Assembly (NCBI GenBank): GCA_964412835.1
Contig: CAYPQJ010000002.1
Span: 2,006-66,005 of the forward strand
Reading direction: 5' to 3'
From: an uncultured Desulfobacteraceae bacterium
GTDB lineage: Bacteria; Desulfobacterota; DSM-4660; Desulfatiglandales; Desulfatiglandaceae
Length of the DNA stretch: 64,000 nucleotides
A program made the position numbers and the translations under genes. This document shows positions 44,499-53,850 of the stretch, piece after piece (positions within the stretch are counted from its first letter, which is position 1; each line of letters begins with the position of its first letter). The notes under the pieces were generated by a model. That model was not told the origin of the DNA, did not search any database, and saw only the letters and a list, made by a program, of their open reading frames with translations.

Positions 44499-47400
44499 AT
44501 GAAAAGACGGCTCCTGTTTGACCTCTTTATCCTCAGTTTGTTTGTGTCGGCCCTGACGGCCGGGGGAATTCTGTATTTCTCCATGAAAGACTATGCCCTC
44601 AAGACAGCCAACACCGATGCACAACGGATCACCGACATGGTCGCGGAGCATATATCGACCGGCATCACGGAACATCAGCGGGCGGTTCAGCTGTTGGCAG
44701 GAAACGAATCCATTTTGACGGCCATCCGCACACCGAATCCCAAAACCCTGGACAGGGCCAACCGGCTGCTGGTGCATTTCAGAAAAATCTTTGACCTGGA
44801 CGTCTGCTATCTGATGGACAGAGGGGGCAAGACCCTTGCCTCATCCAACTGGGATTCGCCCAAAAGTTTCGTCAACAAGAATTATGGTTTCCGGCCCTAT
44901 TTCAAGAAAGCCATCAAAGGGCAACCTTTCATCTATATGGCCGTAGGGGTTACCACCAATAAACCGGGCATCTATTACAGCTGCCCCATAACCGGGACGG
45001 AAGACCCATCCCCTTTGGGCGTTGTGGTCATCAAGGATTCGGTGAATGCCCTTAAAAAAGCGGTCTCCCAGGGTGAAAACGGCTATATGATGTTGACCGG
45101 ACCCCACGGGGTTATTTTTGTCTCCAACCATGATAAATGGCGCTTCCAGGTATTATGGCAGGTCCAACCGGGAACCCTTTCAGCCATTGCCGGGACCGGA
45201 CAATTCGGAAGAGGCCCCTGGGACTGGACAGGCATCCAACGCGAGGGAAAGAATCAAGCGGTTGACGGCTCAGGAAGGACATATCGCATCCATAGCGCAT
45301 CCATCGATCAGATGCCCCTGTGGCGCCTCTATTTCCTCCATGATATTCAGGAAATCCTGGTTTCCCTCTCCCTGCCGCTTCTGAAAAATGCCGGCTACGG
45401 CGCCCTCCTGTTCATCCTGCTGATTGGTGTCTCCGGCTTTCTATTGTCATATCTGAGAAAACAGGAGCTGAAAACCCTTACGGCAGCGCATCAGGAGACA
45501 AGATTGCAGAAAGCCTACCTGGAAAGCCTGGTGGAAAACATGCCGGAAGCGGTAGCGCTTTTTGATCAGACCGGCACAATCGAACGAATCAACCGGGGTT
45601 TTACGGAAATTTTCGGTTACCGTGACACCGAAGCCCTTGGGCGGAACATCAGCGAACTGCTTGCCCCCCCGGACCGCCTGAAAGAAGCCCAAGATATTCG
45701 GCAGCGCACTTTCGGGGGCGAGAGCATCAATCTGGAAACCATCCGAAAAGGAAGGGACGGTGAGCGTTTCAATGTTTCGCTTCTCTCCACACCCATCACC
45801 ACCGAGGAGGAAACCCTGGGATACCTGGCAATATACCGGGACATCTCGGATCGAAAAGAACAGGAAAACGCCCTTCGGGAATCGGAAGATCGTCTCAAGA
45901 CCATCCTTGAAACCGTTCAGGCCGGCATCGTCGTGATTGACGCTGAAACCCATATCATCACTGAAGCGAATCCCGCGGCCCTTTCGCTGATCGGGCTGCC
46001 GAAGCAGGACATTGTGGGAAAGATGTGCCACAGTCATATCTGTCCTGCCGAAATAGGCAAATGCCCCATTACGGATCTGGGTCAGTCCGTTGACAATGCC
46101 GAAAGGACTTTGTTAAATGCCGAAGGACAGGAAATTCCCATTCTCAAAACGGCTAAACCGTTCACCGCCTATGGCAGGCCATATCTTCTTGAGAGTTTCG
46201 TAGACATTTCCTCTCTTGTGCAAACGCGCATTGAGGCCCAGGCCGCCAGCCAGGCCAAAAGCGAATTTCTGGCCAACATGAGCCACGAAATCCGCACCCC
46301 CATGAACGGTATTATCGGCATGACGGAGTTGGCGCTGCAGACGGAACTTACCGATGAACAAACGGAATTCCTGACAGCGGTTAAGGATTCAGCCGACGCA
46401 CTCCTCACCATTATCAACGATATCCTCGATTTTTCAAAGGTGGAAGCGGGTAAATTGGAGCTGGAGTCCATAGACTTTGATCTTCGCACCACCCTGGAAA
46501 ATGCCATGGATCCCCTGGCGGTAAAAGCCCATGAGAAAGGCCTTGAACTGATCTGCCGCATCAAACCCGATGTTCCCACCGCCCTCAAAGGGGACCCGGT
46601 GCGACTTCGCCAGATCGTGGTCAACCTGGCCGGTAATGCCATCAAGTTTACGGAAACAGGCGAAGTCGTGGTCATCGTAGCCTTGGAAGAGGAGACAGAT
46701 GGCAATATCCGGCTCCATTTCTCAGTATCCGACACGGGCATCGGCATTGCACCGGAAACAGTCTCCACCATTTTTGAAAGTTTCCACCAGGCGGATGGGT
46801 CGGTCACCCGCCAGTACGGCGGCACCGGTCTGGGCCTGGCCATCAGCAGACAACTGGCGGAATTGATGAACGGTCGAATCTGGGTGGAAAGTAAAGAAGG
46901 GGAAGGGAGTATTTTTAACTTTACAGCCCGGTTTACGCCGGGCGACCTGCCGGCGGCCCCCTTTCTACCGGCGGATACGTCAACCCTTCAAGGGCTTCCG
47001 CTGCTGATTGTGGACGACAACCAAATGAACCGCAAGGTTTTCATGGAAATAACCACCGCCTGGGGAATGAAGCCAAAGGCCGTATCCGGGGGAAAGGAAG
47101 CCCTTGGCGAGTTGAAACAGGCGAAAACCGCCGGCAACCCGTATCGTTTCCTGCTGCTGGATTTCCATATGCCGGATCTGGACGGATATGAAACCGTCAA
47201 AGAAATGAAAATCCAGGGCACGGCAGAAAACCTGAGCATTATTTTGCTCACATCAGCCGGGCGAAAGGGCGACGCCGCCAGATGCAGCCATATGGGTATT
47301 TCCGCCTATCTTCTGAAACCCGTAAAACAGGCGGATCTGCTGGATGCCCTCCACCTTTCCCTTGGACACGACAAACGAAAAGACGCCATCATCACCCGTT

Positions 47401-47843
47401 ACACGGTTGAAGAGGTTCGCCGCAAACTGCGCATCCTGTTGGTTGAGGACAATGTGGTCAACCAAACACTGGCCGTCAAAATTCTGGAAAAAAGAGGGCA
47501 CCGGGTGGTGGTGGCCGCAAACGGGCAGGAAGCCCTTGAAGCCCTCTCCCGGGAAAACTTTCACGTGATCCTGATGGATGTGCAGATGCCCGTGATGGAC
47601 GGATATACGGCCACCCGCAAGATCCGTAAATGGGAAGATCAATCCAGAACTTCCGAATCCCACATCCCCATCATCGCCATGACCGCACATGCCATGAAAG
47701 GGGACCGGGGAAAATGCCTGGCCGCGGGCATGGATGATTACGTGACCAAACCCATCAAGCCGGAGACCCTCTTTCCGGTTATTGAACAGTGGACGGGAGG
47801 GGGTAGAAAGGGTTCAGGGGACAGTTTTCAGGGGGCAGGATGA
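44499..47843 (+). CDS. Hybrid sensor histidine kinase (periplasmic Cache-like, 2x PAS, HisKA, HATPase, 2x receiver)
   Basis: TM-flanked ~280-aa sensor domain. H-box FLANMSHEIRTPMNGIIG. GTGLGLAIS. Receivers LLIVDDNQMNRKV...LLLDFHMPDLDG and ILLVEDNVVNQTL...ILMDVQMPVMDG. Confidence 0.9.
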   Translation: MKRRLLFDLFILSLFVSALTAGGILYFSMKDYALKTANTDAQRITDMVAEHISTGITEHQRAVQLLAGNESILTAIRTPNPKTLDRANRLLVHFRKIFDLDVCYLMDRGGKTLASSNWDSPKSFVNKNYGFRPYFKKAIKGQPFIYMAVGVTTNKPGIYYSCPITGTEDPSPLGVVVIKDSVNALKKAVSQGENGYMMLTGPHGVIFVSNHDKWRFQVLWQVQPGTLSAIAGTGQFGRGPWDWTGIQREGKNQAVDGSGRTYRIHSASIDQMPLWRLYFLHDIQEILVSLSLPLLKNAGYGALLFILLIGVSGFLLSYLRKQELKTLTAAHQETRLQKAYLESLVENMPEAVALFDQTGTIERINRGFTEIFGYRDTEALGRNISELLAPPDRLKEAQDIRQRTFGGESINLETIRKGRDGERFNVSLLSTPITTEEETLGYLAIYRDISDRKEQENALRESEDRLKTILETVQAGIVVIDAETHIITEANPAALSLIGLPKQDIVGKMCHSHICPAEIGKCPITDLGQSVDNAERTLLNAEGQEIPILKTAKPFTAYGRPYLLESFVDISSLVQTRIEAQAASQAKSEFLANMSHEIRTPMNGIIGMTELALQTELTDEQTEFLTAVKDSADALLTIINDILDFSKVEAGKLELESIDFDLRTTLENAMDPLAVKAHEKGLELICRIKPDVPTALKGDPVRLRQIVVNLAGNAIKFTETGEVVVIVALEEETDGNIRLHFSVSDTGIGIAPETVSTIFESFHQADGSVTRQYGGTGLGLAISRQLAELMNGRIWVESKEGEGSIFNFTARFTPGDLPAAPFLPADTSTLQGLPLLIVDDNQMNRKVFMEITTAWGMKPKAVSGGKEALGELKQAKTAGNPYRFLLLDFHMPDLDGYETVKEMKIQGTAENLSIILLTSAGRKGDAARCSHMGISAYLLKPVKQADLLDALHLSLGHDKRKDAIITRYTVEEVRRKLRILLVEDNVVNQTLAVKILEKRGHRVVVAANGQEALEALSRENFHVILMDVQMPVMDGYTATRKIRKWEDQSRTSESHIPIIAMTAHAMKGDRGKCLAAGMDDYVTKPIKPETLFPVIEQWTGGGRKGSGDSFQGAG

Positions 47844-47888
47844 AAAAGGAGTATTTTAATGAGAATTGCTGCTCAAAGTTCTTGGTTG

Positions 47889-47934
47889 TTGACAAAACAA
47901 ACTACGGGGGATATCTTTACTGTAAAGAGTAAAG
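47889..47934 (+). promoter_or_regulatory. Promoter and operator for the MazEF-like operon
   Basis: TTGACA (47889-47894), 17 nt, TATCTT (47912-47917). Palindrome CTTTAC-T-GTAAAG (47915-47927) plus an extra half-site AGTAAAG. Confidence 0.5.
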
Positions 47935-47959
47935 ATCAGGGATTTGAGAGGTGAATCGA

Positions 47960-48187
47960 ATGCAGCATGTGAGTAGGCTATCTACAAAAGGGCAGGTAAC
48001 AATACCAGTGGACCTACGGAAGGCCATAGGTATAGAACCTGGCGATATGGTCGTTTATGAACTGCAGGGAAAAAGCGTGAAACTTAAAAGGGTCGATCCG
48101 TTTGACGCAGCATATCACGCAGCGGTGGCGGAAACTCTTGAAGAGTGGAACAGCCCTGAGGATGAAGAGGCCTTCAATGATCTGTAG
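47960..48187 (+). CDS. AbrB/MazE/SpoVT-family antitoxin
   Basis: LSTKGQVTIPVDLRKAIGIEPGDMVVYELQGKSVKLKRV (swapped-hairpin barrel motif). ATG 47960 is preceded by GAGAGGTG. Confidence 0.75.
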   Translation: MQHVSRLSTKGQVTIPVDLRKAIGIEPGDMVVYELQGKSVKLKRVDPFDAAYHAAVAETLEEWNSPEDEEAFNDL

Positions 48188-48515
48188 ACGATATGATGTG
48201 GTCACCGTCCCCTTCCCGTTTGTTGACAGACCTAAAACGAAAAACCGCCCCGCGGTCGTACTCAGTAGCAAAGAATTTAACAGAAGCAACCACACAATTC
48301 TTGCCATGATAACCACGAAAAAAGAGCCGGCATGGCCGGGCGACTCACAAATCAACGATTACGCCGATGCTGGTTTACGCCTCCCATGCCTGGTCCGCTT
48401 AAAGTTTTTCACGCTTGATAACCGCCTATTGCAGAAAAAGATAGGGCATCTGAGCGAAAAAGATTCAAACAAAATATCAAAGCATCTATGTTCTTATCTG
48501 GTTGCGCACGGATAG
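48177..48515 (+). CDS. mazF: MazF/PemK-family endoribonuclease toxin
   Basis: RRYDVVTVPFPFVDRPKTKNRPAVVLS...ILAMITT...LPCLVRLKFFTLDNRLL. ATG 48177 overlaps the antitoxin 3' end by 11 nt. Confidence 0.8.
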   Translation: MICRRYDVVTVPFPFVDRPKTKNRPAVVLSSKEFNRSNHTILAMITTKKEPAWPGDSQINDYADAGLRLPCLVRLKFFTLDNRLLQKKIGHLSEKDSNKISKHLCSYLVAHG

Positions 48516-48564
48516 ATTGCCGGTTTCATTTCCGCCAGCCGTAAACCGCTATTTCGTCTGCGCT

Positions 48565-48591
48565 AAGCCTTTTCTTTTCGGGGGCTTTTTT
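48565..48591 (+). terminator. Weak intrinsic terminator after mazF
   Basis: AAGCC (48565-48569) pairs with GGCTT (48583-48587) and runs into a T6 tract. The stem is short, so confidence is low. Confidence 0.35.
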
Positions 48592-48651
48592 CATAAAGTC
48601 TTCTCTCCTGAAGTGTGGATTTCCAAAGCGTCACAAGGTGAATATATTCGC

Positions 48652-49587
48652 CTATCCCCCACTTCGGACCTTCACCTGATTTCGACCGGTCTCTTTGGCG
48701 CGGTACAGCGCCTCATCGGCCCGGTCGATGAGCTTCCGAATGGAATCCTTATTTCCGGTTCTGTTCTGTGTGACGCCGATGCTGATGGTAATTTGAATGG
48801 GACCGGTCCGCCATGGTATCCGGTTTTCCACCACCATCCGCCGCAGCCTTTCACAGGCAGCGCGCGCCCCTTCCAGATCGGTTTCCGGAAGGATCACCGC
48901 GAATTCCTCACCCCCGTACCGGCAGGGCAGATCGGACAGTCGTGACCATTCCCTGATAATCCTGCCCATATCCGCCAGAACAAGGTCCCCCGCACTATGC
49001 CCTTGTTGATCGTTAACACGTTTAAAAAAATCCAGATCCATCATACAGAGGGAAAGGGCTTTGCCATGCCGTTCGGCCCGCGATCGTTCCCGTTCCAAAG
49101 CTTCCATGAAGTACCGGCGATTGTACAGACCGGTGAGTTCATCGAGCGTGGCCATTTCTGAAAGCTTCCTTTGACCCATACGGATCTCTCTTTTGAGCTT
49201 TCCCTTCTCCATGACATTTCGAAAACATGCGGCGATGCTTTCCCGGTCAAAACGGGATTTGGTCAGGTAATCATCGGCACCCTCCCGGATCAGGCGGGAA
49301 GCGACCATTTCATCCCCCTGACCGGTCAATACCACCAGGGGAACGTCCCTATTCTTCGCCTTTAAAGCGCTTAAAAAATCAAACCCGTCGCCACCGGGCA
49401 GCAGATAGTCCAGCAGCACCAGATCCGGTGATATTTCGTCTACGAGGCACAGACCTTCTTCCAGGGTTTCAGCGCGGCTCAGCTGGATACCGTCGATGCT
49501 GTTCAATACCGATTCAATACGTTTGAAATCCGCATGGGAGCCTTCAATGGAGAGGATATGCAATTTCTGTCCAATGTTTAAAATCAT
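48652..49587 (-). CDS. Response regulator-diguanylate cyclase (receiver + GGDEF)
   Basis: Receiver DLVLLDYLLPGGDG. GGDEF domain DELTGLYNRRYF...RYGGEEFAVILP...ADEALYRAKETGRN. Confidence 0.85.
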   Translation of the reverse strand: MILNIGQKLHILSIEGSHADFKRIESVLNSIDGIQLSRAETLEEGLCLVDEISPDLVLLDYLLPGGDGFDFLSALKAKNRDVPLVVLTGQGDEMVASRLIREGADDYLTKSRFDRESIAACFRNVMEKGKLKREIRMGQRKLSEMATLDELTGLYNRRYFMEALERERSRAERHGKALSLCMMDLDFFKRVNDQQGHSAGDLVLADMGRIIREWSRLSDLPCRYGGEEFAVILPETDLEGARAACERLRRMVVENRIPWRTGPIQITISIGVTQNRTGNKDSIRKLIDRADEALYRAKETGRNQVKVRSGG

Positions 49588-49854
49588 ACCGCTGCACCCG
49601 TAGGGTTTGGTTTCATAGTACCGAATGTCTTGAATCTTTTTTCAGTTTATCACCATTAAAACATAACGACAATCCCTTGTAAATGCATCACCGGATAAAA
49701 AATGAAAATCATACCCGATAAGTCTGATGTTTTTCAAATATTGACAAACCCGTCGGGATATGAGAATCAAAACGCTGATTTGCTCCACCGACCAGCGTAG
49801 CATCACGGGCCAGTGAGGCCGCCGGAAATAATTTGATTCACAAGGAGTTGATTC

Positions 49855-51051
49855 TTGAAAGCCCTTGGTAAGCTGCTACGAAGCGACAATGTTATCCATG
49901 GTTATGAAAATACCGGCATCATTTATGAGTGGGCCAGGGATAAGGCCTATCTGGCCATTGATGCGGTTCAATATAAAGGGATCGAAGGTGCCATCCTGTA
50001 TTATCACAATCCTCCGGTGCATCAAATCGGAACCACTGCCCTCCATGCGTTTCATGAAGGGCTGGACCGTGTTATGGGAGAACTGAAACACCTGGAGTAT
50101 TTCATTCTCTACGGTCCCAATGATCCGGTTCACACGGGGGGAGACCTGAAAGAGAGCCTGGGGAAACTTCAAGAAAGCCTTCGGGCAAAAGAGGAAATGC
50201 GTTTGTCGGGTGCCTCTGTCCATGAAATGGACAAACTGTTCAGTTGGGGTGAAGCCCGTCTTCAAAAAGGAATCGTTCTTTACGATAAAATCAGAACCAT
50301 CAGCCGGCATGCCCGGGTGGTGGGCGTCTGCGGGGGCGGGTTGAGATTCGGGGGTTCTGCTGAAATTCAACTCATGTGTGATGTTCTGGTGGGCGATTCC
50401 AGAAGCGGTATGTGTTTCAGCGAGGCCATGATCGGCATCATTCCGGGGTGGGGGGGCATGGCCAGGGTTTTGACCAAGGCGGGTCTTGAAAATGCCGAAT
50501 ACATGACCCAAACCGCACAGGTTGTTCACGCCGATGAGCTCAAAGAAATCGGTATTTACGATGATGTGGTGGCCGTTAATCTTCCTTTTCCAAAGAAAAA
50601 CAGTGGCAAAGATCAAAACTATAAAGTGCGTCTTGAAGAACACGATTACAACACCGGACTTCTTTTGCTCCCCCGGGCATTGGAACTGGCAATTTGTAAA
50701 AAGAACGAAATCCCCTCCATTAAGAGGCAACACCGCAAGTCTCTGGCATCCCGAAAGGATATCGCCGGAGAAGTGGCCGCAAGGACCAATCCTGATCATT
50801 ATGCCCACATTCGAAACCGGCCCCTTCGGGAAGTCCATGAGGAAATCGAACGGCTGGGTCGACCCCTGGCACCCCAGTCCATAGCTGCACTGGAAGGACT
50901 GCTCAATACCCTGGAGTCCTCAACCTATAACGAGGAGCACTTTGTTCACCAAGAACTGAAAGCGGATGCAGCCCTATACAGGGACCCGAAATTCATTGAG
51001 GGCTTAACCGCCATGCTGGAACAACGGGTTCCGGATTTTAGAGAGCCATAA
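49855..51051 (+). CDS. Atypical crotonase-superfamily (enoyl-CoA hydratase/isomerase-like) protein with C-terminal extension
   Basis: HTGGDLKE, CGGGLRFGGSAEIQLMCD and EAMIGIIPGWGGMARV match the crotonase oxyanion-hole and active-site segments. About 130 extra C-terminal residues. TTG start. Confidence 0.7.
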   Translation: MKALGKLLRSDNVIHGYENTGIIYEWARDKAYLAIDAVQYKGIEGAILYYHNPPVHQIGTTALHAFHEGLDRVMGELKHLEYFILYGPNDPVHTGGDLKESLGKLQESLRAKEEMRLSGASVHEMDKLFSWGEARLQKGIVLYDKIRTISRHARVVGVCGGGLRFGGSAEIQLMCDVLVGDSRSGMCFSEAMIGIIPGWGGMARVLTKAGLENAEYMTQTAQVVHADELKEIGIYDDVVAVNLPFPKKNSGKDQNYKVRLEEHDYNTGLLLLPRALELAICKKNEIPSIKRQHRKSLASRKDIAGEVAARTNPDHYAHIRNRPLREVHEEIERLGRPLAPQSIAALEGLLNTLESSTYNEEHFVHQELKADAALYRDPKFIEGLTAMLEQRVPDFREP

Positions 51052-51070
51052 CAGAAAAAGGGGAAATCCA

Positions 51071-52243
51071 ATGAATCAACACGACATGTTCAGCCGGCAT
51101 CCCAGGATGCCCAAAAAAGTGCAAGTGGGAGACATCACCATCCGTGATGGATTTCAACACGAAGAAATTTTCATCCCCACCGAAGCCAAAATAACCTATC
51201 TGCAAGAGCTGGCTTTTGCCGGGGTTCGACGCATGGAAGTGACCAACCTGGGAAATGTCCGCATCATGCCCCAGTTCAAGGATGCCGAAATGGTACTTGC
51301 AGGGGTTCGGTCTGATATCTTCAATAACCGGCTGGCAAAGCGGAATATTGATCCTTCCCGGATTGAATGGACTGCCGTAACCATTCGGGAAGCCGCCGTG
51401 GACCGCGCCATTTCACTTAAAGAGCAGGGTCGCGGGCCGGACCGTGTACTGATGATGGTGTCTACGGATGAAGAACACCATTTTGCCAACAGCGGTACCA
51501 CCCTGCCCCAGTACTGGCGGGAGGCCGAGCGCTGTATCCGTAAATGCCGGGATGCGGGCATCAAAATGTGTGGCACCGTCAGCACCATCTGGGGAAGTCC
51601 CATTAGCGGCCCCACACAGCTGAAGGATGCCGTTGAGTTCACCAAGCGTTGGCTCAGCATCGGCGCCCATGATATCGAACATGCGGACCATGACGGCAGC
51701 GCACCGCCCGATCAGGTCTACCGTTATTTTTCCATGGTGCTGGATCAGATTCCCGATCCGGATCTGCATGTGGGGCACTTTCACGTGACCCGGGGCTGGG
51801 GTCTGGCCAACGTCCTGGCAGCCCTTCAGGCGGGCGTCCAAATCTTTGAAGGAACACTCGGGGGAACCGGAGGCCAACCCGCCAATTTCGTGGATCGAAC
51901 ACCCGTACCCGGCACAGGGGCCTATTATTACCGGGACCCCAACGTGGTGGGTCTGGTCAGCATCGAAGATCTGTGCGTCATGCTGGATGAGATGGGGATC
52001 GATGTGGGCGCCATTGATATTGACCGGTTGCTGGAAATGGGAACCCTCATGGAGCGTACCCTGGGCCGGCGGCTCAGATCCGAATCCATACTGAGCGGCA
52101 GGATACCCAAAACCCCGCGATATGAATTCAAACGTCCCAAACTGATGGCGTTAAAAGAAAAGGCTTGTGAAAAAGCAAGCCGGATCATTCCAGAAGAATG
52201 GTCGGAAAAGGCGATTTTACCGGAAGGCATGGACAAGAAATGA
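51071..52243 (+). CDS. HMGL-like (pyruvate carboxyltransferase TIM-barrel) lyase family protein
   Basis: VQVGDITIRDGFQHEE...AFAGVRRMEVTN and HFHVTRGWGLANVLAALQAGV (metal His pair). At 390 aa it is longer than HMG-CoA lyases. Confidence 0.75.
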   Translation: MNQHDMFSRHPRMPKKVQVGDITIRDGFQHEEIFIPTEAKITYLQELAFAGVRRMEVTNLGNVRIMPQFKDAEMVLAGVRSDIFNNRLAKRNIDPSRIEWTAVTIREAAVDRAISLKEQGRGPDRVLMMVSTDEEHHFANSGTTLPQYWREAERCIRKCRDAGIKMCGTVSTIWGSPISGPTQLKDAVEFTKRWLSIGAHDIEHADHDGSAPPDQVYRYFSMVLDQIPDPDLHVGHFHVTRGWGLANVLAALQAGVQIFEGTLGGTGGQPANFVDRTPVPGTGAYYYRDPNVVGLVSIEDLCVMLDEMGIDVGAIDIDRLLEMGTLMERTLGRRLRSESILSGRIPKTPRYEFKRPKLMALKEKACEKASRIIPEEWSEKAILPEGMDKK

Positions 52244-53163
52244 ACAGTAAACCGAATTTTTCACCCTTTCAAAAAGGGACCCTGTGGGCACGAATCCTGA
52301 AAGCCACCAATGCGGCACTCAAAAGCGGCGTACTGAAACCCATTCAAACGGAAGGCCGCGTCATGAAAGAGAGCGGCGTGGATTTTCTGGTCCGCATCGT
52401 CTCCAGTCTTGCCGGAAAAGACGCGGATAAAATTCTGCTCGCGGGAGATACCAAAGGGAAAAAAGAGAATCCGAACCCCTTTCTACCCTACGAAAAAGAA
52501 ATGTTTGTGGCGGACATCTTAGATACCCACCTGTGCCTGCTCAATAAATTCAATGTGATCGAACACCATCTGCTCATCGTTACCCGCGCATTTGAGCACC
52601 AGGAAAGGCTTCTTACGGTTCGAGATTTTCAAGCCATTTGGCGTTGCATGGCCGAATTTGAGGGGCTCGCTTTTTATAATGGCGGGAAAATTGCGGGCGC
52701 CAGTCAAGACCACAAGCACCTTCAGTTGATCCCGCTTCCCATGGGAACCTCCGGACGGGCAGTCCCCATGGAAAGCCTGTTTGAAGTGCCGCAGAAAACC
52801 CCGGGGCTGGTCTCCGGCATTCCTTTTCTTCATGCCTTCAAGCGTTTTTCATCCCTTACGGATATTTCCCATAATATGGCGGCCCAGGCACTGCACCAGA
52901 TGTATCGCCTCATGCTTCAACAGGTGGGGATGAACACCTTTACCGAACGGGAGGAAACCCTTCAATCCGGCCCTTACAACCTGCTCTTCACCCGCCGGTG
53001 GATGCTGCTGGTTCCCCGATCAAAGGAATTCTTTGAATCCATCTCCGTCAATGCCCTCGGGTTTGCCGGTGCATTGCTGGCCCGAACCCCTAAAGAGATG
53101 GATCTCATTCGAAAAAAAGGCGGTATGGGGGTGCTGCACCATACCGCCTTCGCACGATCGTAG
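52240..53163 (+). CDS. ATP adenylyltransferase / Ap4A phosphorylase (GalT-branch HIT) family protein
   Basis: LNKFNVIEHHLLIVTRAFEHQ and the H-x-H-x-Q motif QDHKHLQLIP. ATG 52240 overlaps the previous stop (ATGA). Confidence 0.75.
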   Translation: MNSKPNFSPFQKGTLWARILKATNAALKSGVLKPIQTEGRVMKESGVDFLVRIVSSLAGKDADKILLAGDTKGKKENPNPFLPYEKEMFVADILDTHLCLLNKFNVIEHHLLIVTRAFEHQERLLTVRDFQAIWRCMAEFEGLAFYNGGKIAGASQDHKHLQLIPLPMGTSGRAVPMESLFEVPQKTPGLVSGIPFLHAFKRFSSLTDISHNMAAQALHQMYRLMLQQVGMNTFTEREETLQSGPYNLLFTRRWMLLVPRSKEFFESISVNALGFAGALLARTPKEMDLIRKKGGMGVLHHTAFARS

Positions 53164-53185
53164 GGGCGCCCCCCTGTGGGCGCCC
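53164..53185 (+). terminator. GC-only hairpin immediately after the adenylyltransferase stop
   Basis: GGGCGCC (53164-53170) pairs with GGCGCCC (53179-53185), with an 8-nt loop. There is no T-tract. Confidence 0.35.
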
Positions 53186-53197
53186 AAGATGTAGAAT

Positions 53198-53276
53198 AAC
53201 CACGAGGGGAGATCGGGCAACCACGGGGGAGATCGGGCAACCACAGGGGAGATCGGGCAACCACAGGGGGTTGCCC
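53198..53276. repeat. Tandem repeat, ~20-nt unit AACCAC(N1-2)GGGGAGATCGGGC x3.6, ending in a perfect hairpin
   Basis: Copies at 53198-53218, 53219-53238 and 53239-53258. The last, partial copy forms GGGCAACC-ACAGGG-GGTTGCCC (53255-53276), abutting the stop of the convergent gene. Confidence 0.9.
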
Positions 53277-53804
53277 CTACTTCTTTTCGCTGGCCAGGTG
53301 CACGTTGGCTTCCACGGGATTGGTGGCATGCAGTCTTTCCCGGGCATCCTTTACCTCTTCCTCGGTGCCGTGGAAGATGACCAGAAATTTGTCGGCCTTG
53401 ACCGCGGTTTCATACTTTACCACGCTGTCCTTTGGAATGCCGATGCTGAAAAGGCCCGCGCCCAGCGCACTGAGTCCACCCACGATAATGGCGTTTTCAA
53501 GTGCCCCCAGGATCATGCCGCCCACCGGTCCCAGAGCCACGATGTGCCCTACGCCCGGAACAAAAAAGAGGGCTGATCCGAACAGCAGTCCCATTATCCC
53601 GCCCCAGAAGGCGCCCAGCTTACCCCAGAACTTCATTCGGTCTCCGGCGTTGTAGTAGCCCACCACATTCTCTTCCGCATGATATTCCTTGCCCAGAATG
53701 GACAGTTTTTTCATGTTGACGCCGGCCTTTTCCAGCGCCCTGATGGCCGTCTCAGCTTCGGTATGGGTATTGTAAATGGCAACCGCTGCACTTTCCTTGG
53801 ACAT
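53277..53804 (-). CDS. General-stress-protein-like membrane protein (YflT/DUF1269-like with glycine-zipper TM core)
   Basis: AVAIYNTHTEAETAIRALEKAGVNMKKLSILGKEYH, a Gly-rich TM region GAFWGGIMGLLFGSALFFVPGVGHIVALGPVGG, and a C-terminal repeat of the soluble domain. Confidence 0.55.
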   Translation of the reverse strand: MSKESAAVAIYNTHTEAETAIRALEKAGVNMKKLSILGKEYHAEENVVGYYNAGDRMKFWGKLGAFWGGIMGLLFGSALFFVPGVGHIVALGPVGGMILGALENAIIVGGLSALGAGLFSIGIPKDSVVKYETAVKADKFLVIFHGTEEEVKDARERLHATNPVEANVHLASEKK

Positions 53805-53850
53805 GTAACTCCTCCTCATAAAAAAAGATTTTTAAAACACATCGAAAAAC

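Noticed and set aside
53198-53276. Possible mini-CRISPR array.
   Set aside because: The repeats are directly tandem with no spacers, and no cas genes are present. It is a simple tandem repeat.
52974-53347. Three overlapping - strand ORFs with RSPLWLPDLP-like repeats.
   Set aside because: They are produced by translating the 20-nt tandem repeat and terminator hairpins between two convergent genes. They have no RBS and no independent support.
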